Source of the DNA: Octopus vulgaris | Taxonomy: Eukaryota | DNA: 64,000 nucleotides | NCBI GenBank assembly: GCA_951406725.2 | Contig: OX597839.1 | Coordinates: forward strand, 22,258,001-22,322,000 | Reading direction: 5' to 3' | Shown: one piece after another, positions 24,780-37,207 of the stretch | How positions within the stretch are numbered: position 1 is the stretch's first letter | How the letters are laid out: each line of letters opens with the position of its first letter | Notes under the pieces: generated by a model | The model's input: the letters and a program-made list of their open reading frames with translations, nothing else | Databases searched by the model: none | Told to the model about the DNA's origin: nothing | Position numbers and translations under genes: made by a program

Positions 24780-25655
24780 TATTATTATTATTATTCTGAA
24801 GGCGACAAGCTGGCTGAAATGTTAGCATGCTGGGCAAAAAGCTTAACAGTATTTTGCCTGTCTTTATGTTCTGACTTCAAATTCCGCTGAGGTCGACTAT
24901 ACCTTTCATCCTTTTGGTGTCGATAAATTAAGTACCAGTTTCGTACTGAAGTCGATCTAATCGACTGCCCCTCCCCACCACAACCAAATTTCAGGCCTTG
25001 TGTCTATAGTAGAAAGGATTATTATTATTAAGGTGGGGATCTGGCAGAATAGTTAGCACGCAGGGACGAAGTGCTTAGCGGCATTTCGTCCGTCCTTACG
25101 TTCTGAGTTCAAATTCCGCTGAGGTCGACTTCGCCTTTCATCCTTTCGAGGTCGATGAAATAAGTACCAGTTATGCATTGGGGTCGACTTAATCCTTACC
25201 CCAAATTTGAGGCCTTGTGCTTCCAGTAGAAAGGATTATTAAGATAAAGACAGCAAGCTGGCAGAATCGTTAGCATGCCGGGCGAAATTCTTAGCGGTAT
25301 TTCGTCTGTCGCTACGTTCTGAGTTCAAATTCCGCCGAGGTCGACTTTGCCTTTCATCCTTTCGGGGTCGATAAATTAAGTACCAGTTACGCACTGGAGT
25401 CGATGTAATCGACTTAATCCATTTGTCTGTCCTTGTTTATCCTCTCTGTGTTTAGCCCCTTGTGGGTAGTAAAGAAATAGGTATTGTGTCTGTCGCTATG
25501 TTCTGGGTTCAAATTCCGCCGAGGTCAACTTTGCCCTTCATCCTTTCGGGGTTGATAAATTAAGCGCCAGTAATACACTGGGGTCGATATAATCGACTCA
25601 TCCTCTTTCCCAAAATGGCTACCCTTGTGGCAAAATTTGGAACCATCATTATTAT
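23790..25655 (+). mobile_element. Head-to-tail cluster of about 8 family-B SINE copies
   Basis: Repeated GAGTTCAAATTCCG..GCCTTTCATCCTTT..GTACCAG units in one orientation, separated by (ATT)n. Confidence 0.85.
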
Positions 25656-27448
25656 CATTAAGATATTTGAAAAACGCCAGTTGACAGACGACCGAACAAA
25701 CACTTGAAATCTTCCATCTTGCATTAATATTTCTATAATTTTGCTGAAGATTATGATGAGAATTGTTATCCATTTTAAGACGATAATCTCACAGACAATG
25801 TAAATATTTTCCAGGATTTTTTTATTCTATCCTTGACTCCACCAATATTTTTTCAAAATTTTATCTTACATCTTCCTTATTCTCTGCTCCCCACCACCTT
25901 TATTCTCCCCCACTGTTGTGTGTAGTTATGTTCTAATGGGATAGATGACCAAAAGAAGACCATTGTTACTGTTACGTGTTTATTGACTTGCCATGATACA
26001 CGGACGACGACATTCAGCGTAGTAATACATTATATACTTTACACACAGTTGTACTGTTCCCTAACAAAATAGTGCCAAGAGTGGGGATGTAGTTTGGCAT
26101 ACACAAACACATAGATATGAATGTGTAACACCCACTCTCCTTTGTTGCTCCCTTTCTGTTTATTCTGAACCATCAGAAACACCCCTCTATGATGAAGATT
26201 GATGTTTAAATCGTTAGATTCTTCTTCTTCTTCTTCTTCACAGAAAAAATACTTTAATACAATCTTTGAATATCTTAAAGCGTTTGGTGTTTCACCTGCT
26301 CTGGACCTCTTTCTGCTTACACACGGAAACTGAATCAAATACTAACTGCCAAAAGCAAGTGTCACCCTCAATTGTTTCTTTTCAAGCTGGCCATATCTGG
26401 CTTCTCAGGCATACCCTACAATGTCACTCTGAAAATAAACAATCACATTGTCAAATCTCAAAGTAGAAGAAATACGCGTGCGTGCGCTGTAACATGTCAC
26501 TGGCTCCACCATTTGGTGGTGATTCCCTACTACGCCTGGCAGATGATACCTTTGCACCACCCAGGTGACAACCCCACAACCCATGGGTTTGTTTTGGGTG
26601 GTTATTGATGGGGATGGTTTTATGGAGTCGGTGTGCATATCCTCTTTTAGTCACTCTTTACGACACACCGAGGGGCCGTTGGGCCTATTTTTTGACATGC
26701 CGGTTCCCACACAGCATTTGAGCAATATGAAATGAAGTGTTTTGCTCAAGAACACAACACCCTAACCCTGCCTGGCAATCGAACTCGCGATCAAGCGATC
26801 GTGAGGGCGACACCCCTAAATACTAGGATTCAGTTCCAAAGCTACGAGATAATGCATGATTGACTCAAAACAATTTAGTCTGAATGTTAAAGGGTTAAAT
26901 TTGGTATGATACTCTAAAAGAAAATTGGTTTCAATTGACGAGGTCTGAAAATGCGAAATCTTTTGAAAAGAAGAAAGGATTCGCTGATAGATCAAGTACA
27001 CACTTGTCATAGATGGCTTGCTGGAATCAATGCTATGGCACAAGAGTAAACTCACATCAAATACCTCTGCCGAACACTTCAATATCAGAATTTTAAAACT
27101 GATAAAATTTTCTGGATGATTAAATCGTATTTTCTCTCTTTCCTATTTTTTTTTTTATGTAAATCAATTTTTCAGTTTAACGTTTGAACTTTAATATAAT
27201 TACTTGCTCCACCATCCATACAATGTTGAAAAAAAAAAAAGTACTGCCTGATGCCTACAGCATTCGGCTAAAACCGAATAATTTTTGTATATCACCTGAA
27301 AATTAAAATATTCATGAGAAAGAATGAAGCTACCTTAATTTTTAACGTCTCAGATATTAAATAGTGAAAACCAGGATCTTCTTTGATGTGACTTGAAGTT
27401 TCTGCAGACATTGTGAACATCATTGTGTTGGACCTACTCAGAGTTAGG

Positions 27449-28309
27449 AGGAGTAAAAGGGTTGCATGTGTGAGAACCCACGTCCGTGTGATTAGCCATA
27501 AAATGGGAAACATGGGGACTTCGGGAGCGCGTAAGTCAATTACATCGACCCCAGTGCTCAACTGGTACTTATTTTACCGACACCCAAAAGACGAAAGAGC
27601 AAGCTGACCTTGGCAGAATTGGAACTCAAAATGTAAAAACCGATGAAATGCCAATTAGCAATTTGCCCAGCATGTTAATGATTCTGCCAGCTTGCTACCT
27701 TGCGGCCTTCAAATACTGGTTTCAAGGTTTGGCACAGGAGTAAAAGGGTTGCATGTGTGAGGACCCATGTCCGTGTAATTAGCCATAAAATGGGAAACAT
27801 GGGGACTTCGGGAGCGCGTAAGTCAATTACATTGACCCCAGTGCTCAACTGGTACTTATTTTACCGACACCCAAAAGACGAAAGAGCAAGCTGACCTTGG
27901 CAGAATTGGAACTCAAAATGTAAAAACCGATGAAATGACAATTAGCAATTTGCCCAGCATGTTAATGATTCTGCCAGCTTGCTACCTTGTGGCCTTCAAA
28001 TACTGGTTTCAAGGTTTGGCACAGGAGTAAAAGGGTTGCATGTGTGAGGACCCATGCCCGTGTAATTAGCCATAAAATGGGAAACATGGGGACTTCGGGA
28101 GCGCATAAGTCAGTTGCATCGACCCCAGTGCCCAACTGGTACTTATTTTACCGACTCCCAAAAGATGAAAGAGCAAGCTGACCTTGGCAGAATTGGAACT
28201 CAAAATGTAAAAACCGATGAAATGCCAATTAGCAATTTGCCCAGCATGTTAATGCTTCTGTCAGCTTGCTACTTGCGGCCTTCAAATACTGGTTTCAAGG
28301 TTTGGCACA
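27449..28309. repeat. 287-bp tandem triplication containing a minus-strand family-B SINE
   Basis: Units start at 27449, 27736 and 28023 (AGGAGTAAAAGGGTTGCATGTGTGAG...). Confidence 0.95.
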
Positions 28310-28484
28310 GAGCCAGCAATTCCAAGGGAGGGGATAAGCCAATCGCATCAACACCAGTGCTCAGTCAGTATTTATTTTATCGACCCCGAAATGATGAACG
28401 GCAAAGTCGACCTCAGTAAAGTTTGAACTCTGAACGAAAAAAGACGGATGCGAAACTTCTAAATATTAGAATCGCCGAATATCA

Positions 28485-28905
28485 TCATCATCATCATCAT
28501 CATTTAACGTCCGCTTTCCATGCTAGCATGGGTTGGACAGGTCAACTGGGGTCTGGGGAGCCCGAAAGCTGCACCAGTCCAGTCAGATCTGGCAGTGTTT
28601 CTACAGCTGGATGCCCTTCCTAACGCCAACCACTCCGAGAATGTAGTGGGTGATTTTATGTGCCACCGACACAGGTGCCAGCCGAGGCTGGCGAACGGCC
28701 ACGCTCGGATGGTGTTTTTATGTGCCACTGACACAGGTGCCAGATGAGGCTGGCAAACGGCCACGATCGGATGGTGTTTGTTACGTGCCCACAGCACGGA
28801 GGCCAGTCGATGCGGTACTGGCTACGGCCACGTTCGGATGGTTTTCTTGTGTGCCACCGGCACTGGTACCACAAAGATATAAATTCCATTGATGTTCATC
28901 TATTG
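28485..28905 (-). mobile_element. RTE 3' UTR-derived element
   Basis: Same tail as 49600-49775 (GGAAGGGCATCCAGCTGTAGAAAC..CCATGCTAGCATGGAAAGCGGACGTTAAA(TGA)n). Near-identical to 53500-53930(-). Confidence 0.85.
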
Positions 28906-29775
28906 GTCGAAAATATCTTGAGTGGGAGATGAGGGAATGAAGCTCGAAATAACACAAAAATGTATTCATTTAATCCTCTTCTTCGACTGGTGTTAGTCAC
29001 TGCACTGTGCCCATACTGGAGCAATGAAATGTAAAGTTGGTAAATGGCAAGAGAAGAAAGAACTCAACTGGACATAAATAACGCAATATTCCTGTTTGTA
29101 TGTACGATACATGCATGCACACATACGTACACATACATATATACACACACACATGCATGCATGCATATGTACACATAATATATACACACATACGTACACA
29201 TACACACACACATACGTACACATACATACACACATACGTACACATGCACACACATACATACGAACACGTACACACACATATACATACGTACACGTACACA
29301 CACACATATACATACGAACACGTACACACACATATACATACGTACACGTACACACACATATACATATGTACACGTACACACACACATACATACGAACACG
29401 TACACACACATACATACGTACACGTACACACACACATACATACACACGTACACACACACATATACGTGCACGTACACACACACATACATACGTACACGTA
29501 CACAGACACATATACATACGTACACACACGCACGCACACACATCTACTTTTGCTACCATGGGGAATATCAGAAAACATGGCTTACGTACAATGATTATAA
29601 TCTAATGTTTATCAAATTTCTTGCTGCTTATACAAAATGATGAATAAATGATGAATACGAATTTTCCAAAGAAAAATATTTATAAAATTAAAACAAATGT
29701 CTCATTTGTCTAACCCCCTCATAACTGCCCTGTTATGTCTTTCTCCTCCTCTTCCAGTCAGTAGTTGTCAATCTC

Positions 29776-29921
29776 TCCATCCTGATGAAGGAGGCCAGGG
29801 CTATACTAATGTTTATATGCATCAATCACTAACTTGTTGCATAGCCTTGACTTTTTGCACATTTCCTCTGCTAACATTACAACTATTACATAATCCTGAG
29901 TCCCCAGAAACGGCCGTCGGA
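29776..29921 (+). ncRNA. Degenerate type I hammerhead with long stem II
   Basis: CTGATGA (29782) ... GAAAC-GGCC-GTC (29907-29918); partial stem II CAGG/CCTG; weak stem I. Confidence 0.45.
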
Positions 29922-29983
29922 CTCGAAACACCGTGCACTCTCCCCTTAGTTTTCTGTATCTTTTGTACTCCGTGCAAATTTGT

Positions 29984-30395
29984 TCTATAAAGATATATAT
30001 AAACGGCAGTTTGTCTGTCTGTGTGTATGTGTGGTTGTCAGGTTGTACCCTCACCCTGACCACAGCTTTCAACCGATTCTGATGAAACTTGACACACACA
30101 TAGCCCAATGTCATAATTCAAAACTAACGGAGTGAAAATTTTGAAAAGTTCCCCCAGTTCTGAAAAAAATCGATAAATTCGACAGGGGGTCGAGAATTTA
30201 AGCTTTTTATATGCAACACATTTTCTGTCGGGAGACAGCTAGGAACATCGTATACATAGAAGTATTCGAGTGAAGAGAAGACATTGCAACCTACACATGC
30301 GCCTTCGTTCCCTAGAGGGAAAGAACTAGATTGGGATTAGTCGTTGCCTACTAGGGGCTCTTACATACCCGGGCAACACCGGGCTATGCTGCTAG
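29984..30395 (+). mobile_element. Non-autonomous Helitron (chimeric)
   Basis: TC start; first about 215 bp match 691-890; distinct 3' half ending CCCGGGCAACACCGGG..CTAG|T. Confidence 0.8.
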
Positions 30396-31030
30396 TAAAG
30401 ATATATAAATATTCTTCATGCTTAGACATGAGTGTTCATTTGGGGAATATTTTCTATTTTTCTTTCTCTTTGTATATCACTATATATATATTTACATGGA
30501 TGTATATTTTATATTTCAAGTCCAAGTGGGTTTATTTGCATCACTATCTCCATATACATACAAACACACACATACACACACACACACACACATTCATTTA
30601 TTTGTTTCAGTCATTTGACTGCGGCCATGCTGGAGCACCGCCTTTAGTCAAGCAAATCGACCCCAGGACTTATTCTTTGTAAGCCCAGTACTTATTCTAT
30701 CGGTCTCTTTTGTTGAACCGCTAACCCACGGGAACGTAAACACACCAGCATCAGTTGTCAAGCGACGCTGGGGGAATGTACACACACACCCAAACATATA
30801 CATACATATATACTACAGGCTTCTTTCAGTTTCCGTCTACCAAATCCACTCACAAGGCTTTGGTCAGCCCAAGGCTATAGCAGAAGACACTTGTCCAAGG
30901 TGCCACGCAGTGGGACTGAACCCAGAACCATGTGGTTGGTAAGCAAGCTACTTACCACACAGCCACTCCTGCTACTACTACTACTACTACTACTATTCAT
31001 ACTCCTCCGCTGCTGCTACTACTACTGCTG

Positions 31031-31075
<45 letters not shown>

Positions 31076-31161
31076 ACCACACAGCCACTCCTGCTGCTAC
31101 TACTACTACTACTACTACTACTACTATTCATACTCCTCCGCTGCTGCTACTACTACTGCTG

Positions 31162-31209
<48 letters not shown>

Positions 31210-31509
31210 TTCATACTCCTCCACTGCTGCTACTACTACTGTTACTAGTATTTGTACTCCTACAGCTACTAGAGTGCTGGGTAAGGGCAGTGGATTGGTA
31301 AAATCTGGATGAAATGTCTGGATGTGTTTGTTCCTGCTCTTTGCGTTCTCGGTTCAAATTCCGCCCATGCCAATCCTGTCTGTCATAACTGACAGCTGCC
31401 TCCTACCGCAACCGCCAACTGCCTCCCCAACGTGTCTTTCTTAAACACAATGTGTGACTGCTATTTCTAGCAGGTCGAGGGAGGCTTTACATCGGTTCTT
31501 TATCTTTAT

Positions 31510-31716
31510 CTTTTTACTTGTTTCAGTCATTTGACTGCGGCCATGCTGGAGCACCGCCTTTAGTCAAGCAAATCGACCCCCGGGACTTATTCTTTGTAAG
31601 CCCAGTACTTATTCTATCGGTCTCTTTTGCCGAACCGCTAAGTGAAGGGGACGTAAACACACCAGCATCAGTTGTCAAGCAATGCTAGGGGGACAAACAC
31701 ACAAACACACACACAT

Positions 31717-31751
<35 letters not shown>

Positions 31752-31917
31752 CATATATACGACAGGCTTCTTTCAGTTTCCGTCTACCAAATCCACTCAC
31801 AAGGCATTGGTCGGCTCGGGGCTATAGCAGAAGACACTTGCCCAAGATGCCACGCAGTGGGACTGAACCCGGAACCATGTGGTTGGTTAGCAAGCTACTT
31901 ACCACACAGCCACTCCT
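31510..31917 (-). mobile_element. SINE family A, full length
   Basis: Reverse complement of the 1205-1620 type. Others at about 30598-30970(-), 40615-41165(+), 44675-45085(+), 52545-52938(-), 54187-55010(+, two), 59020-59430(-), 62068-62478(+), 62807-63210(+). Confidence 0.9.
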
Positions 31918-32011
31918 GCTGCTTTATCTTGAGACAATTTTTTGGTTTGCTTTCAATCCTCCTCAGACACCGAACACTTCTAAGCATTAAGAAACAGCCA
32001 CACACACACAT

Positions 32012-32042
<31 letters not shown>

Positions 32043-33266
32043 TACATACACATGCATATGCATATATACATGCACATATACATATATACACATGCATATA
32101 CATATGTACACACACATAAACATATATATATATATATACACACATATACATATATACATGCATATATGTGTTTGTGTGTGTGCATATACATTTATGTATA
32201 TATGTATATATTTGTGTATGTGCGTGTGTGTACATGTGATATGTGTGTGTATATGTAGTTATATATGTATATATAAAAATGCATGTGTGTGTGTGTGTGT
32301 GTGCATATACATATATGTATATATATATATATTTGTGTATGTGCGTGTGTGTACATGTGATGTGTGTGTGTATATGTAGTTATATATGTGTATATATATA
32401 TGTATATATAAAAATGCATGTGTGTGTGTGTGTGTGTGTGCATATACATATATGTATGCACACAAACGCATGCACACACACACACATATATACATGCATA
32501 TTTTTTTTTAATGAAACTCAGTTAAGAATTTTTTAAATTTGATTTTGAATTTCATTTGTGGAACATTTAAAGTTTTTATCTTAGAATAAACGATAACGTA
32601 ATTGTTGGTTCGTTAACAGCTCTGACGACGGCAACAGGAAGAGAGGACGATGGTGAGGTTTGAGTCTGTTCCAAATGTGAAATGACAGCCAACATATAAA
32701 ACTAGTGAAGTCTATATCAAATATATACAGAATATAATGAACAAAGATATATGTGGTGTTATTTAAATGAGATGTGAGATGAGGAGAGGAGAAAATCAAA
32801 ACTGGCGGTAAGGATTAATTCTGGTAAAGAAAGCAAGGGAGACAATTCTGAAATACATAAGTATTACACTTAAGTGAGAGTGTGTAGTTTAGGGGGGAAG
32901 AGGGTGAGTCTGGAGATTTGATAGGTACAAAGGACAACTCGAAACGTGTTTCTGCCTTGTTGAACCTCCTCGGCATATTTTACAGATCTCTGATGTGGAT
33001 GATTTATATAAAGAACTAAAGTGAATGAACAATGATGTGCGTGTGTGTGTGTGTGTGTGTGTACAATATGTTCAAGAGACTGTGTGCAGGTGTTCAGTCC
33101 CAGGGATGTTGAATAAAGTATCCCTGGAAAGTTTTAACAATTGTTCACTGTACCACCAATTCATTGTATTTGGAGAATGACAATGTTTGTACGAATGTTA
33201 CATGATTGTACATATATATATATATATATATATTGGTAATATATATATATATATTGGAAATATATA

Positions 33267-33323
<57 letters not shown>

Positions 33324-33384
33324 TAAAACTGGTAAGATAACAAAATAAAGAAAGAGACCTCAATATTATGTAAATAGAGGAATT

Positions 33385-33814
33385 TATCTGTAAATGTAAT
33401 ATGTGACAATTATTTGGTAGCCGTGATAAAACTCTGAGTTTCGGATGCCAAGGTGGAAATCCACACCACCATCTCTTCAGTTATCCAGCCATTGGAAAAA
33501 CGCTATGAAAAAAGACCGTTATACAAAGGGAAATTACTGTGTTATAGACCGCTATTTAGACAAAGCGCTAATTCGAATGACCGCTATTAATTTTTACCCC
33601 CTAACCTTAATTAGTGGTCATTCGAATTAGCGCTTTGTCTAAATAGCGGTCTATAACACAGTAATTTCCCTTTGTATAACGGTATTTTTTCATAGCGTTT
33701 TTCCGATGGCTGGATAACTGAAGAGATGGTGGTGTGGATTTCCACCTTAGCATCCGAAACTCAGAGTTTTAATCTTGGCTACCAAATAATTGTCACATAT
33801 TATATTTACAGATA
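33385..33814. repeat. Inverted repeat (arms about 208 bp), each arm carrying a type I hammerhead
   Basis: Minus 33425-33485 reads GATAA-CTGAAGA-GATG..CATCc-GAAACTCAGAGTT-TTATC; plus copy at 33713-33774. Confidence 0.85.
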
Positions 33815-33851
33815 TCTTCATCATCATCGTTTAGCATCCGCTTTCCATGCT

Positions 33852-34376
33852 GGTTGTAGTACAATTAATAATACTAATAATAATAGAAATAGTGTAGTTG
33901 TTATCGCTAGTAATAATAAAAACAACAATCATAACAATAAAAACTTCGTCTCGATCTCGGAGGACAACCCTAACAGAATAAAATTTTTGTCTAGTAATTC
34001 CAAAATTAAGAATTCCATTTACCAGTGTAGAATTTCTTCCGGTACCAATGTTTTCTTCTATATAGGAGCGTCCACTTCTCAGTTATCCAAGAGAATTTCT
34101 AACCACTATTCGACAATCAGAGATAGGAAAAAACGACATAGTACAGGGCTAAGTAAATTAGTTTGGCGTCTTAAAGACAACAATATAACTTTCAAGTTGG
34201 ATTGGTTCATATTGTCTGTATCCTTTCCTTTTGATAAGAGCAGGAGATTTTGTAACATTTGTAACGCTGAGCTCTTCCATATTCTTTTCGCTAAGGTTCC
34301 CCTAGTAAACACGCTCATAGAAAAATCGTTCAAATGTAAACATTGGCAGAAACACACTTTCTACTCATATAAATGA
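33852..34376 (+). CDS. GIY-YIG endonuclease domain of a Penelope-like retroelement (5'-truncated; possibly Naiad-type)
   Basis: SIYQC..FYIG..KRISNH..TGLSKLVWRLK..W.IL..CNICNAE..LVN..E..KCKH; open frame with no internal stops. Confidence 0.85.
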   Translation, partial: GCSTINNTNNNRNSVVVIASNNKNNNHNNKNFVSISEDNPNRIKFLSSNSKIKNSIYQCRISSGTNVFFYIGASTSQLSKRISNHYSTIRDRKKRHSTGLSKLVWRLKDNNITFKLDWFILSVSFPFDKSRRFCNICNAELFHILFAKVPLVNTLIEKSFKCKHWQKHTFYSYK

Positions 34377-34797
34377 TAACGATAGTCACTGTGCTTTTAA
34401 CAATTAGCTTCACGTCCACACCGCTGCTATAGAGAAATTCTTTCCTTAGCCTCCGAACATTCTTTCAATCAACGTACACTTCCCCTTCCCTACCTATTAT
34501 TCCTTTATATCTTCCCTTACTACTACCTATCTTTGACGTCTGTCTCTCTCTCACACACACAATCTCACACACAGACACAAATGTAGTTATATACACACAC
34601 ACATACACACACACACAAACACACGCACTCATTAACACAAGCACACACCCACACATTTCCATACATACTGTCCCCTACCTAATTTTACTTCCTCCTACTA
34701 TCTATTTTTGATGTCAATGCTTATAACGGATTTAAAAAAAAACAAACTCATTATCGCTTTGGTTACCATGTAGGCAATCATCAAAATTTTTGTTTCT

Positions 34798-34879
34798 CTT
34801 TCCTGATGAGAAGATTGCATAATGCACCCTTTATTCCTTCGAAATGAAAATATGCTGTCTTCGAAACATGTGCCGAGAG
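34798..34879 (+). ncRNA. Type I hammerhead in the PLE terminal repeat (cleavage triplet degenerate)
   Basis: CTTTC-CTGATGA-GAAGAttGCATA..TATGCtgTCTTC-GAAAC-atgt-GCC-GAGAG, about 420 bp downstream of the GIY-YIG stop. Confidence 0.7.
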
Positions 34880-35084
34880 TAAAGGAATTTTGTTAACATC
34901 TTCATTTGACTCCATTCTTTCATTTATTCATATACAACACACAAATTTCTACACATGAACCCGGAGTTTCTACCCTTGACAGGTCGCTTCAATCGTGTTT
35001 TCTGACGTGAATTTGCTACCCAGGTTTCGGTTAAACGAATTTTCCATGCTGACAATAAACAGGATAATTCATTCACCTACTTAA

Positions 35085-35159
<75 letters not shown>

Positions 35160-35186
35160 AAAGGGTGAAAAGGAACACACGAGTTG

Positions 35187-35606
35187 ATATATATGAAAAA
35201 ACAAGTCAAAATAGAAAATGCTAAAATAATTTTATAAAGAACATTTCAGTACCGGTTTCGGTCATTTTGAGACCTTTTCAACTGTAACGATTAAATAATT
35301 AAATTTAGAAAAATTAGAAGAAAAGTTTTTTTAAAGGAATATAGTGTTCAAATATAAGTGGCATTCTGCCTTTCTCTGACTCCCTTGTTTGCACTTGTGT
35401 GCAAACAAGGGAGTCAGAGAAAGGCAGAATGCCACTTATATTTGAACACTATATTCCTTTAAAAAAACTTTTCTTCTAATTTTTCTAAATTTAATTATTT
35501 AATCGTTACAGTTGAAAAGGTCTCAAAATGACCGAAACCGGTACTGAAATGTTCTTTATAAAATTATTTTAGCATTTTCTATTTTGACTTGTTTTTTCAT
35601 ATATAT
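35187..35606. repeat. Apparently perfect 420-bp palindrome (4-nt loop TTGT) with a U3-A8 hammerhead in each arm
   Basis: Centre ...GCAC TTGT GTGC... at 35391-35402. HHR CAG-TTGAAAA-GGTC tcaaaat GACC-GAAAC-cg-GTA-CTG at 35509-35546(+) and 35247-35284(-). Confidence 0.9.
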
Positions 35607-35659
35607 ATATATATATATATATACATACACACACACACACACATATGTATGTATCTATA

Positions 35660-35935
35660 TATAGACAAGCTGAAGAGTAACCTCTTAGTAATGAAGATAG
35701 CTTGCAACACATTTGGGTGAACAGCCTTTGAACGAACAAAATGGAGATTGTGTCAAAATGGTATTAAAATCTTTGTTGCAACTATCATTAACAGGCTTCA
35801 GGGTGCAAGGCAAAGGAGAAAAACGGTTGCAAATATACCACCTGCACTGACCAGCAATCCTCACTCTTGCAACATCTGTGGCCTTCTTTGTAAATCGTTG
35901 ACGGGAATGAAATGTCACAGTTGACATAAGCATTA
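35660..35935 (+). mobile_element. RTE (BovB-like) LINE C-terminal relic with C2H2-like finger
   Basis: DKLKSNL..AFERTKWR..ARQRRK..CNICGLLCKSLTGMKCHS*HKH. Confidence 0.7.
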
Positions 35936-36814
35936 TGGCTGGCAAAGAAAGAGTACGCTCTCGGAATCTTGTACGTCGAAACTGACGGGAGAGTACATCA
36001 AATATGTATATAAATGTGTGTGTGTGTGTTTGTGTGTCCATGACTTAGAGGTTCAGCAGAAAGAGATTGATAGAATAAGCACCAGGTTTTGAAAAAGTCA
36101 GTACTGGGGTCGGTCAGTTCATTCAACTAAAAAAAAAATTCAAGGTGATGCCCCAGCATGGCCACAGTCTGACAGAAACGAGTAAGAAGTACAAGCTAAG
36201 ATATATATGTGTGTGTGTGTGTGTGCGAGACACTGTACATATCCTTAGTGTGTGTGTGTGAGTGGGTTGGGTATGCTCCATAGACGTATACGTGTTGTGT
36301 GTACCTGGTTATTTGCAGAAATCAAAGGAATATTTTTCCAATTTTCTTTGTGCCGTTATTTATTGATTGGCTGAAACAGAGGTGAGTCAGTCTGCTATTT
36401 CTTCGATATCCTGCCCCACCCCCCAATCACCATTTTTCAGTGCATTTTATAAATATGACATTACATGACCCAGTGCAGTTTCACAATCCAGCACCCATTT
36501 GTGCAACACGTGTTTTGTGTGTGTGTGTGTGTGTATGTGTGTATGTGTGTGTCATTATATCATTTTATAATAAGGTGGCGAGCTGGCAGAAACGTTAGCG
36601 CCCCGGGCGAAATGCTTAGCGGTATTTCGTCTGACGTTATGTTCTGAGTTCAAATTCTGCCAAGGTAGACTTTGCCTTTCATCCTTTCGGGGTAGATAAA
36701 TAAAGTACCAGTTTCGCACTGGGGTCGATGTAATCGACTTAATCCATTTGTCTGTCCTTGTTTGTCCCCTCTATATTTAGCCCCTTGTGGGTAGTAAAGA
36801 AATATATATCATTT

Positions 36815-37207
36815 TATTTCAAGATTTCTTGCCAATTGAGAAAGAGCTGGTTTCTAATCTAGACCCAAGACTTCTTCATTGGAATTTCAACATCAACAAC
36901 AGGGTATTTTTGTTTGTATGTATGTATGTATATATGCATATTTGTATGTTTTGCCTTATATATGTATTCTCATGCATATAGTTGCATATCTAGACATGCT
37001 CATATATATTTAAATGATAAACTTCTGGAAAGTCTTACAGATTTTTACAGTTCCAGTGATGGATTGGATCTGTACTCTTCGAATTAGCTTTCTCCTTTCT
37101 GGTTTTGAGAAGCCTAATTTCTCAAGATTTGCATTAAGGCAGTGTGTTACATATCCCAGGGTCCCAATAACTACCGGTATAAACTTGAACTTGTAATCTG
37201 GATAGAG
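36815..37207 (-). mobile_element. RLE-type non-LTR retrotransposon 3' end
   Basis: LYPDYKFKFIPVVIGTLGYV..LEKLGF..LIRRVQIQSITGTVKICKTFQKF, then a 3' UTR. Confidence 0.75.

Noticed and set aside
32935-32995. Minus-strand TGCC/GGCA-GAAAC-AC-GTT hammerhead-like motif
   Set aside because: No acceptable CUGANGA-type core adjacent to stem II.
34374-34800. Selenocysteine read-through or SECIS, as reported for some Naiad PLEs
   Set aside because: The TGA is followed immediately by TAA, there is no in-frame TGA in the domain, and no SECIS was recognised.
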